This document shows, in pieces, positions 29,084-38,560 of a DNA stretch of 64,000 bases. Positions within the stretch are counted from its first letter, which is position 1. Every line of letters starts with the position of its first letter. The stretch covers positions 678,537 to 742,536 of the forward strand of contig CAVWLO010000003.1 in NCBI GenBank assembly GCA_963755985.1, written 5' to 3'. Below the pieces are notes generated by a model, which made no database searches, was not told where the DNA came from, and saw only the letters and a list, made by a program, of their open reading frames with translations. Origin of the DNA: an uncultured Acidimicrobiaceae bacterium (GTDB lineage Bacteria; Actinomycetota; Acidimicrobiia; Acidimicrobiales; RAAP-2). The translations under genes were made by a program, and so were the position numbers.

Positions 29084-29620
29084 GTGGCCGATTATCTCCC
29101 GATCCTCGTGCTCTTCGTCCTGGGCATGCTCTTTGCCGGCCTCTCCTTTGTCGGGTCGTCCCTGCTCGCCCCGAAGAAGAAGCCCACGGCGGCCAAGGTC
29201 GCCCCCTACGAGTGCGGCATCGTCCCCAACATCGAGCCCCCGATGCGCTTCCCGGTCCGGTTCTACCTGATCGCCATGATCTTCATCATCTTCGACATCG
29301 AGATCATCTTCTTGTACCCATGGGCCGTGGTCTTCCACCAGCTGCGCACCTTCGGCCTGGTCGAGATCCTGGTCTTCGCCGGAATCGTCTTCGTGTCGCT
29401 CCTCTACCTGGTCAGCAACGGCGCCCTGACCTGGGGCCCGGCCAAGAAGCTGGAGGGGGCCATGCCCGCTCGCACCTCCGAGTCCACCATCGCCCGGATC
29501 AGCGGCACGCCCGAACCCCTCGCCCCGCTGGGCGACCGGCCGGCGGCCGCGGCGGCCGCCGCCACCCGACCCGCCAGCCCCGACCCGGCGAGGCCGACCG
29601 GCCCCGGGCAGGCTGCGTAG
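29084..29620 (+). CDS. nuoA: NADH-quinone oxidoreductase subunit A
   Basis: It carries YECG, FYLIAMIFIIFDIEIIFLYPWAV. An Ala/Pro-rich C-terminal extension of about 55 aa follows. Confidence 0.9.
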   Translation: MADYLPILVLFVLGMLFAGLSFVGSSLLAPKKKPTAAKVAPYECGIVPNIEPPMRFPVRFYLIAMIFIIFDIEIIFLYPWAVVFHQLRTFGLVEILVFAGIVFVSLLYLVSNGALTWGPAKKLEGAMPARTSESTIARISGTPEPLAPLGDRPAAAAAAATRPASPDPARPTGPGQAA

Positions 29621-29629
29621 GGCGGGGCG

Positions 29630-30301
29630 ATGGGCCTCGAGGACCTCCAGCACAATTTCCTGACCGGCCGGCTCGAGGACCTGGTGAAGTGGGCCCGGCG
29701 CTCGTCGATGTGGCCGGCCACCTTCGGCCTGGCCTGCTGCGCCATCGAGATGATGTCGGTGGGGGCGGCCGACTTCGACCTCGCCCGCTTCGGCATGGAG
29801 GTCTTCCGGGCCTCGCCGCGCCAGGCCGACCTCATGATCGTGGCCGGACGGGTGTCCCAGAAGATGGCGCCGGTGCTCCGGCAGGTCTACGACCAGATGA
29901 TGGAGCCCAAGTGGGTCATCTCCATGGGCGTCTGCGCCAGCACCGGGGGCATGTTCAACAACTACGCCATCGTCCAGGGCGTCGACCAGGTGGTCCCGGT
30001 CGACGCCTACGCTCCGGGCTGCCCTCCCACCCCCGAGACCCTCATGCATACCATCCTCACCCTCCACGAGAAGGTGCGCACCGGCGAGATCGCCCGCCGC
30101 CGCCCGGAATGGAAGTCAGGGGCGGCCGACGTGGAGTCGGGTCGTTTCTTGACCGACGACGAGGGTGGCGACACCGACGACGCCCGCACCCATGACGACG
30201 AGGACACGGCCGGCTGGACGCCCGAGCGGCCCGACGCCGTCCGTCTGGGCACGCCCAAGCGCAACCCGGTCATCGCCCGCAGCGTCGGAGAGCCCCTGTG
30301 A
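29630..30301 (+). CDS. nuoB: NADH-quinone oxidoreductase subunit B
   Basis: It carries [19 protein letters not shown] and PGCPPTPE (cluster N2 cysteines). Confidence 0.95.
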   Translation: MGLEDLQHNFLTGRLEDLVKWARRSSMWPATFGLACCAIEMMSVGAADFDLARFGMEVFRASPRQADLMIVAGRVSQKMAPVLRQVYDQMMEPKWVISMGVCASTGGMFNNYAIVQGVDQVVPVDAYAPGCPPTPETLMHTILTLHEKVRTGEIARRRPEWKSGAADVESGRFLTDDEGGDTDDARTHDDEDTAGWTPERPDAVRLGTPKRNPVIARSVGEPL

Positions 30302-30340
30302 GCGGAGATTCCCTGTGAGCACGGTGGCGGGCACGGGCTC

Positions 30341-30388
30341 GGCGCCCAGCGCGTCGGCGCCCAGCGCGTCGGCGCCCAACGCGTCGGC
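30341..30388. repeat. 15-bp x3 tandem repeat in the nuoB-nuoC spacer
   Basis: The unit is ggcgcccagcgcgtc. Confidence 0.9.
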
Positions 30389-30391
30389 AGG

Positions 30392-30904
30392 GTGGCCACG
30401 GGCTCGGCCGGCGCCGCCCTGATCAGCGGATCTGGAGGCGGCTCGGTTCGCGACCTGCTCCAGTCCGACCAGGACGTCGCCTACCCCTTCCGCGACCAGT
30501 ACGTGTCGGTGGTGGAGGAGTTCCGGGACTCCGGGTTCGAGATGTGCTCCGACCTGTGTGCCGTCGACTACCTCACCCACCCAGGCCGGCGGCTGCCCGA
30601 GGGCGTCGCCCCCGAGCGGTTCGAGGTGGTGGTCAACCTGTTGTCCCTGTCCCGGTGCAGGCGGGTCCGTATCCGCTTGCAGGTGCCCGAAGGCGACCCG
30701 GTGGCCCCCTCGTTGTTCTCGGTCTATCCGGGGGTGGAGGCCATGGAACGGGAGGCCTTCGACCTCTTCGGGGTGCTGTTCGATGGCCACCCGGACTTGA
30801 CCCGCATCCTCATGCCCGAGGACTGGGAGGGCCACCCGCTCCGAAAGGACTACGGCGTCGGTCGTGTGCCGGTGCAGTTCAAGGGAGCACCGGGGCCGAG
30901 ATGA
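30392..30904 (+). CDS. nuoC: NADH-quinone oxidoreductase subunit C
   Basis: It carries EREAFDLFGVLFDGHPDLTRILMPEDWEGHPLRKDY. The N-terminus is short and the start is uncertain. Confidence 0.85.
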   Translation: MATGSAGAALISGSGGGSVRDLLQSDQDVAYPFRDQYVSVVEEFRDSGFEMCSDLCAVDYLTHPGRRLPEGVAPERFEVVVNLLSLSRCRRVRIRLQVPEGDPVAPSLFSVYPGVEAMEREAFDLFGVLFDGHPDLTRILMPEDWEGHPLRKDYGVGRVPVQFKGAPGPR

Positions 30905-32340
30905 GCGACCCGAAGTCGAGTACACGCACGGACGACGCTGCCGCCGCCGGCAAGACCAGCACAGCCACGCCCCGTCCCGACGGCATCGCCGCCGACGAGG
31001 CCGCCCTGGGCAACGAGGCCCTCATGCTGGTGGCCGAGACCTCCGAGGGCCTCCAGGAGCTGAGCCGGCGCAGCACCACCGAGCCCGGCGAGCTCCGCCG
31101 CGAGGTGGGTGCCGTGCTCCGCATGCCCGAGGGCCAGGTGATCGACCCGTCGGACATCGACATCGAACAAAGCGACGACGAGACGATGATCATCAACATG
31201 GGGCCGCAGCACCCGTCGACCCACGGCGTGCTGCGGCTCATGATCGAGCTCGACGGCGAGACCGTGCTCCGGACCAAGCCGGTCGTCGGCTACCTCCACA
31301 CCGGCATGGAGAAGACGGGGGAGGAACTGACCTACGTGCAGGGGGCGACCAACGTCACCCGAATGGACTACCTGGCCCCGCTGCACAACGAGCTGGTCTT
31401 CTCACTGGCCACCGAGGCGCTGCTCGGAGTGGAGATGCCGGAGCGGGCCACCTGGATCCGGATGCTGATGGTGGAGCTGAACCGCCTGTCCTCCCACCTC
31501 ATGTGGATGGCCACCAACGGCATGGACCTCGGCTCCACGTCGATGATGATCTACGGCTTCCGCGAGCGCGAGATGGTGCTGGCCTTCTTCGAGAAGGCCA
31601 CTGGGCTGCGCATGAACCACAATTTCATCCGGCCCGGCGGGGTGGCCGCCGACCTGCCCGACGGGTGGGAGGACGACGTGGCCGTGATCTGCGATACCGT
31701 CCTGCCCCGGACCGACGAGTACGACGAGTTGCTGACCGGCCAGCCCATCTTCCGGGAGCGCACCGAGGGCATCGGCCGTATATCGGCCGAGGAGGCCCTG
31801 GCCCTGTCGCTGACCGGTCCCATCCTCCGGTCCACCGGCGTGCCCTGGGACCTCCGGCGCTCGATGCCCTACCTCCGCTACGACGAAGTGGAGTTCGACG
31901 TCATCGTGGGCACCTACGGCGACAACTTCGACCGCTACTCGGTCCGCCTCAACGAGATCCGGGAGTCGGTCCGGATCATCCGCCAGATCGTCGAGAAGAT
32001 GCCGCTTGGCGACTACCGGGTGCAGGACAAGAAGGTCACCCCGCCGCCCCGGGCCCGCATCGACGAGTCGATGGAGGCGCTCATCCACCATTTCAAGGTG
32101 TTCACCGAGGGCTTCAAGGTCCCCGAGGGCGAGGTGTACGTCGCCGTCGAGTCCCCTCGGGGCGAGCTCGGGTGCTACCTGGTCTCCGACGGCTCGGGCA
32201 AGCCCTACCGGATGCACATCCGCGGGCCGAGCTTCGTCAACCTACAGGGCCTGCCGGTGATCATGCGGGGCGGCCTGATCGCCGACGCCATCGCCGACAT
32301 CTCGTCGATCGACCCGGTCATGGGGGAGGTGGACCGTTGA
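30901..32340 (+). CDS. nuoD: NADH-quinone oxidoreductase subunit D
   Basis: It carries NMGPQHPSTHGVLRL, with ATG 30901 overlapping the nuoC stop. It has a longer-than-usual N-terminal region. Confidence 0.95.
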   Translation: MSDPKSSTRTDDAAAAGKTSTATPRPDGIAADEAALGNEALMLVAETSEGLQELSRRSTTEPGELRREVGAVLRMPEGQVIDPSDIDIEQSDDETMIINMGPQHPSTHGVLRLMIELDGETVLRTKPVVGYLHTGMEKTGEELTYVQGATNVTRMDYLAPLHNELVFSLATEALLGVEMPERATWIRMLMVELNRLSSHLMWMATNGMDLGSTSMMIYGFREREMVLAFFEKATGLRMNHNFIRPGGVAADLPDGWEDDVAVICDTVLPRTDEYDELLTGQPIFRERTEGIGRISAEEALALSLTGPILRSTGVPWDLRRSMPYLRYDEVEFDVIVGTYGDNFDRYSVRLNEIRESVRIIRQIVEKMPLGDYRVQDKKVTPPPRARIDESMEALIHHFKVFTEGFKVPEGEVYVAVESPRGELGCYLVSDGSGKPYRMHIRGPSFVNLQGLPVIMRGGLIADAIADISSIDPVMGEVDR

Positions 32341-33263
32341 GCGCCGCCACCCATCTCAGCGCCGACACCCTGACCCGGGCCCGTGAGCTGATCTCCGTCT
32401 ACCCCGAGCCTCGCTCGGCCATGATCCCGCTGTGCCACCTGGCCCAGGAGCAAGACGGCTGGCTCACCCCCGACGCCATGGCCGAGATCGCCGACCTGCT
32501 GGGCACCACCGCGGCCGAGGTGCTGGGCACGGCCTCGTTCTACGACATGCTGCACACCGAGCCGGTCGGCACCCACGTGGTGTCGGTGTGCACCAACATC
32601 GCCTGCCTGCTGAACGGGGCGCTGGAGCTCCTCGAGCATGCCGAAACGAGCCTCGGGGTCAACAGCGGCGGCACGACGGCCGACGGCACGATCACCCTGG
32701 AGGAGGCCGAGTGCCTGGCCGACTGCGACCGGGCCCCGTGCGTGCAGGTCAACCATCGGTTCGTGGGGGCCCAGAGCGCGGAGAGCTTCGATCGCCTGGT
32801 GGCCGAGCTGCGCAGCGGCGCCCGCGACGAGGAGATCCCCCGCCACGGCACACTGAACCGGGTGCGCCGGACCGGGGGACTGGCCGTTGATGGGGCCCGA
32901 GTGGCGGCCGAGCGCCACGCCATGGCCGAGGCCATCACGGCCCGGGCGGACGAGGCCAAAGCAGCTGAGGCGGCCAAGGCAGCCGAGGCGGCCGAGGCCG
33001 CGGACCGGGCCAGCGCGGCCGAGCAGGCCAGCGCAGCTGAGGTAGCCAAGGCCGCCGACCAGTCCAGCACCGGCGACCAGGCGAAAGCCGCCGATCAAGC
33101 CAGCCAAGACATCGCCAGCCACGACCCTTCGGGCTCGGGACCGCCCACGGGCACGCCGGGGGCAAGCGGGTCCGGCGGGTCGAGCGGCGCCGCCAGCCAT
33201 CCCGTGGGAACGGACAGCCATCCCGAGGGAACGGACAGCCATCCCGAGGGAACGGACGCCTGA
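32337..33263 (+). CDS. nuoE: NADH-quinone oxidoreductase subunit E with a repeat tail
   Basis: The 2Fe-2S cysteines are VSVCTNIACLL...ECLADCDRAPC. The TTG start overlaps the nuoD stop. The C-terminal ~130 aa are low-complexity (EAKAAEAAKAAEAAEAA..., HPEGTDS x3). Confidence 0.9.
   Translation: MSAATHLSADTLTRARELISVYPEPRSAMIPLCHLAQEQDGWLTPDAMAEIADLLGTTAAEVLGTASFYDMLHTEPVGTHVVSVCTNIACLLNGALELLEHAETSLGVNSGGTTADGTITLEEAECLADCDRAPCVQVNHRFVGAQSAESFDRLVAELRSGARDEEIPRHGTLNRVRRTGGLAVDGARVAAERHAMAEAITARADEAKAAEAAKAAEAAEAADRASAAEQASAAEVAKAADQSSTGDQAKAADQASQDIASHDPSGSGPPTGTPGASGSGGSSGAASHPVGTDSHPEGTDSHPEGTDA
33194..33256 (+). repeat. 21-bp x3 in-frame tandem repeat at the 3' end of nuoE
   Basis: The unit is cagccatcccgagggaacgga. 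Confidence 0.95.
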
Positions 33264-34567
33264 TGACCATCACCGACGCGCCCAAGATCGTCACCGCCCG
33301 GCTCGGCTACGACGACTCGTACACCCTCGAGCGCTACCTGGCCACCGGCGGGTACGACGGCCTGCGCAAGGCGTTGGCCATGACCCCCGAGGCGGTGGCG
33401 GCCGAGGTGGACGCGGTCAGCCTCCTGGGCCGGGGCGGGGCCGGGTTCCCGGCCGGCCGCAAGTGGTCCATGCTGCGCAAGGCGCTGGTCACCTACCTCG
33501 TCATCAACGGCGACGAGAGCGAGCCGGCCACGTTCAAGGACCACCTGCTGATCGAGCGCGACCCCCACCAGCTGCTCGAGGGCGTGCTCATCGCCGCCTA
33601 CGCCCTGCAGGTGACCCAGGCCTTCATCTACATCCGGGGGGAGTTCGCCCTCGGGCTCGAGCGGGTGCAAGCCGCGCTCAACGATGCCTATGCCCACGGC
33701 GCGGTCGGGGCCAACATCTTCGACTCCGGGTTCTCCATCGACGTGGTGGTGCACCCGGGCGCGGGCGCCTACATCTGCGGCGAGGAGACCGCCCTCCTCG
33801 AATCGCTGGAGGGCAAGCGCGGCTTCCCTCGCATCAAGCCGCCGTTCTTCCCTGCCGCCATCGGCCTCTACGGTGAGCCGACCGTGGTCAACAACGTGGA
33901 GACGATGTCGAGCCTGCCGTGGATCATCGGCCACGGCCGGGCTGCCTTCACCGCACTGGGGGCGGGGCGTTCCACCGGCACCCGGCTGTTCGCCCTGGCC
34001 GGCCACGTCAACAAGCCCGGCGTGTTCGAGGTGGAGATGGTGAAGACCACGTTCCACGATCTCATCCACGCTCCGGTCCTGGGCGGCGGGATCCGCCACG
34101 GCCGGGACCTGAAAGCGTTCATCCCCGGCGGCGTCTCGGCCCCTTGGTTCGGTCCCGACCAGGTGGACCTGCCCCTGGGGCAGGACGAGGTGGCCGACGC
34201 CGGGTCCATGTTGGGCTCGGGCTCGGTCGTGGTCATGGACGACCACACCTGTCCGGTGCGGGCCTCGTGGCGCATCACCAAGTTCTTCGCCCGGGAGTCG
34301 TGCGGCCAGTGCACCCCATGCCGGGAAGGGTCGGGCTGGTTGCTCAAGGTGATGGAGCGGATCGAAGCGGGTCGGGGACGCGAGGAGGACCTCGACCTGC
34401 TGCTCGATGTGTGCGACAACATCTCCCCCGGACTCGCTTGGCCGCCCCAGCAGACCACGATCTGCGTCCTCGGTCCCTCGATTCCCTCGTCGATCGGCTC
34501 GGCCATCGAGATGTTCCGCGACGAGTTCCTGGTCCACATCAAAGAGGGAGGCTGCCCCTATGAGTGA
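33263..34567 (+). CDS. nuoF: NADH-quinone oxidoreductase subunit F
   Basis: It carries GRGGAGFPAGRKW, GAGAYICGEETALLESLEG and ESCGQCTPCREG. Confidence 0.95.
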   Translation: MTITDAPKIVTARLGYDDSYTLERYLATGGYDGLRKALAMTPEAVAAEVDAVSLLGRGGAGFPAGRKWSMLRKALVTYLVINGDESEPATFKDHLLIERDPHQLLEGVLIAAYALQVTQAFIYIRGEFALGLERVQAALNDAYAHGAVGANIFDSGFSIDVVVHPGAGAYICGEETALLESLEGKRGFPRIKPPFFPAAIGLYGEPTVVNNVETMSSLPWIIGHGRAAFTALGAGRSTGTRLFALAGHVNKPGVFEVEMVKTTFHDLIHAPVLGGGIRHGRDLKAFIPGGVSAPWFGPDQVDLPLGQDEVADAGSMLGSGSVVVMDDHTCPVRASWRITKFFARESCGQCTPCREGSGWLLKVMERIEAGRGREEDLDLLLDVCDNISPGLAWPPQQTTICVLGPSIPSSIGSAIEMFRDEFLVHIKEGGCPYE

Positions 34568-37307
34568 GCCCACCTCCAGTGAGGACGCCGTAACCTTCAC
34601 CCTTGACGGGCGCCGGGTCGCCGGGCGCAAGGGGGAGATGATCATCGCCGCGGCCGAGCGGGCCGGGACCTTCATCCCCCGGTTCTGCTACCACCCTCGC
34701 ATGAAGCCGGTGGGCATGTGCCGGATGTGCCTGGTCGAGGTGAGCGGCCCGCGGGGCGCCTCGCTCCAACCGGCCTGCTTCGTCGAGGTGGCCGAGGGCG
34801 GCGAGGTGGTGACCACCTCGGACAAGGTGAAGAAGGCCCAGGATGGGGTGCTCGAATTCCTGCTCATCAACCATCCCCTTGACTGCCCGGTCTGCGACAA
34901 GGGGGGCGAGTGCCCCCTGCAGGACCAGACCCTGGCCTACGGCCCGGGCGAGAGCCGGTTCGTGGAGGAGAAGCGCCACTTCGAGAAGCCCGTCCCCATC
35001 TCCGATCTGGTTCTGCTCGACCGGGAACGCTGCATCCAGTGCGGGCGCTGCACCCGCTTCGCGGCCGAGATCGCCGGCGAGGCCGAGATCGATTTCATCG
35101 GCCGTGGCGATTCCATCGAGGTGAACACCTTCCCCGAGCTGCCGTTCACCTCGTACTTCTCGGGCAACACCATCCAGATCTGCCCGGTGGGGGCGCTGAC
35201 CGCCACCCAGTACCGGTTCACGGCTCGCCCGTGGGACCTGGACCAGGTCGAGTCCACCTGCACCACCTGCGCGGTGGGGTGCCGCGTGGCCGTGCAGTCG
35301 TCGGCCAACCGGGTCACCCGGCTGATGGGCATCGACGCAGAGCCGGTCAACCACGGCTGGCTGTGCGACAAGGGCCGCTTTGCCTACGAGGCGGTCAACA
35401 GCGACGAGCGGCTGGTCGAGCCGATGGTGCGGAAGAACGGCGAGCTGGTCCCGGCCACCTGGTACGAGGCCCTCCGGGCGGTGGCCGACGGCCTGAAGCG
35501 GGCGGCCGACCCGAAGTCGGGCGGCTCGTCCGACAGCCGCGCCGGCGTGGGGATCATCGGCGGTGCCCGGCTGACCAACGAGGGGGCCTATGCCTGGGCC
35601 AAGTTGGCCAAGGGAATCCTCGGGACTGATTCGGTCGACGCGCAGCTGGGTGACGGCCTCCCGGCCGAGGTGGTGCTGGGCCTCCCCCGGGCCACCATCG
35701 ACGAGGCGGCCTCGGCCGACACCGTCGTGTTGCTGTCCGGCGACCTCCGCGAGGAGCTCCCGATCCTCTTCCTGCGCCTGCGCTCCGCCGTGGTCGACGG
35801 CGACCTTTCGGTGGTCGAGCTGTCCCCCCAGGACAGCTCGCTCACCCCATTCGCCCGCGCCGCACTCCGGTACCGGGCGGGCGAGGCCACCGCGCTGGCC
35901 GCCGCCGTGGTGGCCGCCGAGGGTGCCGCCGCTCCCGAGGGTGTCGACGCCGCCGTGCTGGCCGAGGCCAGGGCGCTGCTCGCCGCCGAGAACGTGGTGG
36001 TGGTGATGGGCCGTCCGTCCCTGGCCGAGGACGGCGCCCTGGTGACCGAGGCGGCCCAGACCCTCGCCGCCGCGCTGCCCCGCGCCCGCTTCCTCCCCGC
36101 GTTGCGGCGGGGCAACGTGCACGGGGCGTTGGACATGGGACTGTCACCGGGCCTGCTCCCGGGCCGCACCACCCTCGACGCCGGCCGCGACTGGTTCGCT
36201 GAAGCGTGGGGCTCGGTGCCGGCCGAGCGTGGGCTCGACACCGCGGGCATGCTCGGCGCGGCCGAGTCCGGCCACCTCGGTGCGCTCGTCCTTCTGGGAG
36301 CCGATCCCCGCAGCGATTTTCCTGACCGGCGCCTCGCCCAACGGGCTCTCGACAACATCGACTTCATCGTGTCGGTGGCCACCTCGCCCGATGCCTCGAC
36401 CGCCGCGGCCGACGTGGTCCTGCCGGTGGCGGCCGACCACGAGCGACCGGGGACCATCACCAATATCGAGGGGCGCATCAGCCGGGTGGGCCAGAAGCTG
36501 GTGGCGCCCGGTCAGGCCTGGGCCGACTGGATGATCGCCGCCGAGCTGGCCGTGCACCTCGGCGGGGACCTGGGCCTCGACTCGGTGGCCGCCGTCTGGG
36601 ACGAGATCGAGCGGCTGGCGCCGGCCTACCGGGGGATCACCGGGGCCGTGCTCGAGGTGGCGGCCTCGGTCGACGGCATCGTCGCCCCCATGACCTCCAC
36701 GCCGGTGGAGCTCTCCCGCCGCCAGGTGGCCGCGCCGCTCGACCCGATCGCCGTTCCCGGCGTGGAGTCGGTGGAGCGCCAGGGCGCGCCTCCTCGAGCC
36801 GGTTTCTCCGAGTTCCCGACCGCCGACGTGGCCGCCAGCCCTCGGGCCGGCAACGGCACAGGCACTGGTGGCGGCACTCGTGGCGATACGGGTGGTGGCG
36901 GCACATCCGGTGATCTCGCCGGCCGGCCGGCACTGATCACCGGCCCGGTCGAGGTCGGCGCCCCTCGGGTGCCCACCACCGACAGCTACTCCCATCGCCT
37001 GGTGGCCGGTCGCCGGCTCTACGACAACGGCGCCGTTGTGCAGGCCGTCCCGTCGCTGGCCGGGCTGGTGGGCGCGGCACCAGTACGGGCCAACCCTCAC
37101 GACCTCGATGACTTGGGCCTGGGCGCCGGCGGCCGGGTCCGGGTCAAGACAGCCCGGGCGTCGGCCGTGTTGGAGGTCGCGCCCGACCCGGCCCTGCCCC
37201 GACGGGTGGTGGCCGTCGACTTCAACGTCCCGCTGGCCGACGGAACGGCCGGTGACCTGATCGACTCCACCATGCCGGTCACCGAATTGCGGATGGAGAC
37301 GCCATGA
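34560..37307 (+). CDS. nuoG: NADH-quinone oxidoreductase subunit G
   Basis: It carries CYHPRMKPVGMCRMCLVEV, HPLDCPVCDKGGECPLQD and CIQCGRCTRF. ATG 34560 overlaps the nuoF end. Confidence 0.92.
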   Translation: MSEPTSSEDAVTFTLDGRRVAGRKGEMIIAAAERAGTFIPRFCYHPRMKPVGMCRMCLVEVSGPRGASLQPACFVEVAEGGEVVTTSDKVKKAQDGVLEFLLINHPLDCPVCDKGGECPLQDQTLAYGPGESRFVEEKRHFEKPVPISDLVLLDRERCIQCGRCTRFAAEIAGEAEIDFIGRGDSIEVNTFPELPFTSYFSGNTIQICPVGALTATQYRFTARPWDLDQVESTCTTCAVGCRVAVQSSANRVTRLMGIDAEPVNHGWLCDKGRFAYEAVNSDERLVEPMVRKNGELVPATWYEALRAVADGLKRAADPKSGGSSDSRAGVGIIGGARLTNEGAYAWAKLAKGILGTDSVDAQLGDGLPAEVVLGLPRATIDEAASADTVVLLSGDLREELPILFLRLRSAVVDGDLSVVELSPQDSSLTPFARAALRYRAGEATALAAAVVAAEGAAAPEGVDAAVLAEARALLAAENVVVVMGRPSLAEDGALVTEAAQTLAAALPRARFLPALRRGNVHGALDMGLSPGLLPGRTTLDAGRDWFAEAWGSVPAERGLDTAGMLGAAESGHLGALVLLGADPRSDFPDRRLAQRALDNIDFIVSVATSPDASTAAADVVLPVAADHERPGTITNIEGRISRVGQKLVAPGQAWADWMIAAELAVHLGGDLGLDSVAAVWDEIERLAPAYRGITGAVLEVAASVDGIVAPMTSTPVELSRRQVAAPLDPIAVPGVESVERQGAPPRAGFSEFPTADVAASPRAGNGTGTGGGTRGDTGGGGTSGDLAGRPALITGPVEVGAPRVPTTDSYSHRLVAGRRLYDNGAVVQAVPSLAGLVGAAPVRANPHDLDDLGLGAGGRVRVKTARASAVLEVAPDPALPRRVVAVDFNVPLADGTAGDLIDSTMPVTELRMETP

Positions 37308-38560
37308 CCCCGGTCGTCCATGCCGTCTCGCCCCTCTTGGCCACTGACCCGCTCTTCCCGACCAGCAACGTGGGGCTGGCCATCTTCCTGATCGTCCTCA
37401 TCAAGGTGCTGGTGGTCTTCGGCGCCCTGATGGTGGCGGTGATGCTGATGATCTGGTTCGAGCGCAAGGTCATCTCCGATATGCAGAGCCGCATCGGCCC
37501 CAACCGGGCGGGCCCCTTCGGCCTGCTCCAGACCCTGGCCGACGGGATCAAGCTCTTCTTCAAGGAGGACCTCGTCCCGGGACAGTCTGACCGCTTCGTC
37601 TTCAAGTTGGCGCCGTACCTGGTCATCCTCCCGGCTTTCCTGAGCTTTGCCATCGTGCCCATCGGCGGACAGGTCACCGTGGCCGGCCACACCTTCGACC
37701 TGCAGCTGGCCGACCCGCCCATGGGCATCCTGTGGCTGCTGGCCATGTCGTCCATCAGCGTCTACGGGATCATGTTGGCCGGCTGGTCCTCGGGCTCCAA
37801 GTACCCGCTCCTTGGGTCGGTACGGGCATCGGCCCAGATGATCTCGTATGAGGCGGCGATGGGTTTGTCCGTCGTGACCGTGGTCCTCATCACCGGGGCC
37901 CTGTCTACTCGGACCATCGTCGACGCCCAGGCCGCGCACCTGTGGCAGTGGAACGTCATCCGCCTCGGCGTCGTCCCCTTCTTCATCTTCCTGGTAGCTG
38001 TCACCGCTGAGACCAACCGGCCCCCGTTCGACCTGACCGAGGCCGACTCCGAGCTGGTCGGCGGGTTCAACACCGAGTACTCGTCGATCCGCTTCGCCCT
38101 GTTCTACCTGGCCGAGTTCATGAACACGATCACCATGTCGGCCATCGTGGTCACCCTGTTCTTCGGTGGTCCCGACGGGCCCATCCCCCACATCCCCCAC
38201 ACCTACTGGCTCTGGCCCATCCTGTGGTTCCTGGCCAAGACCATCGTGTTCTTGTTCCTCTACGTGTGGCTGCGGGCCGCACTACCCCGGATGCGTTACG
38301 ACCAGCTCATGGACCTGGGCTGGAAGCGCCTCATCCCGTTGTCGCTGGCCTGGCTCATGATCGTGGCCGGGTTCGTGATCGCCGCCTGGTGGGGGCTGGG
38401 CATCGCCGTCGCCGTGGTGGCCTGCGCCGTGCTCCTCAAACGGGCCTTCTCGGTCGGCGACACCCGGCAGGAAGACGAGCCGATCATCCCGGCCGTGGGC
38501 CGGCGGCTCTGGCACCGTCCCCAACTGGTCCCGCTCCCGCCCGAGCCGAGCGAGGACTGA
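37304..38560 (+). CDS. nuoH: NADH-quinone oxidoreductase subunit H
   Basis: It carries the ND1 pattern ERKVISDMQSRIGPNRAGPFGLLQ and GWSSGSKYPLLGSVR. Confidence 0.95.
   Translation: MTPVVHAVSPLLATDPLFPTSNVGLAIFLIVLIKVLVVFGALMVAVMLMIWFERKVISDMQSRIGPNRAGPFGLLQTLADGIKLFFKEDLVPGQSDRFVFKLAPYLVILPAFLSFAIVPIGGQVTVAGHTFDLQLADPPMGILWLLAMSSISVYGIMLAGWSSGSKYPLLGSVRASAQMISYEAAMGLSVVTVVLITGALSTRTIVDAQAAHLWQWNVIRLGVVPFFIFLVAVTAETNRPPFDLTEADSELVGGFNTEYSSIRFALFYLAEFMNTITMSAIVVTLFFGGPDGPIPHIPHTYWLWPILWFLAKTIVFLFLYVWLRAALPRMRYDQLMDLGWKRLIPLSLAWLMIVAGFVIAAWWGLGIAVAVVACAVLLKRAFSVGDTRQEDEPIIPAVGRRLWHRPQLVPLPPEPSED

Noticed and set aside
30864-33263. 799-aa ORF spanning nuoD and nuoE
   Set aside because: Only the last 308 codons (from TTG 32337) are NuoE. 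The upstream part is an out-of-frame Arg/Pro/Gly-rich shadow of nuoD, typical of high-GC DNA.
33095-38200. Long minus-strand ORFs (33095..34675, 34539..36122, 36144..37100, 37097..38200) antisense to nuoF, nuoG and nuoH
   Set aside because: They have no recognisable motifs and show an extreme Arg/Gly/Pro/His bias. They lie opposite strongly conserved nuo genes and are GC-driven shadow ORFs.
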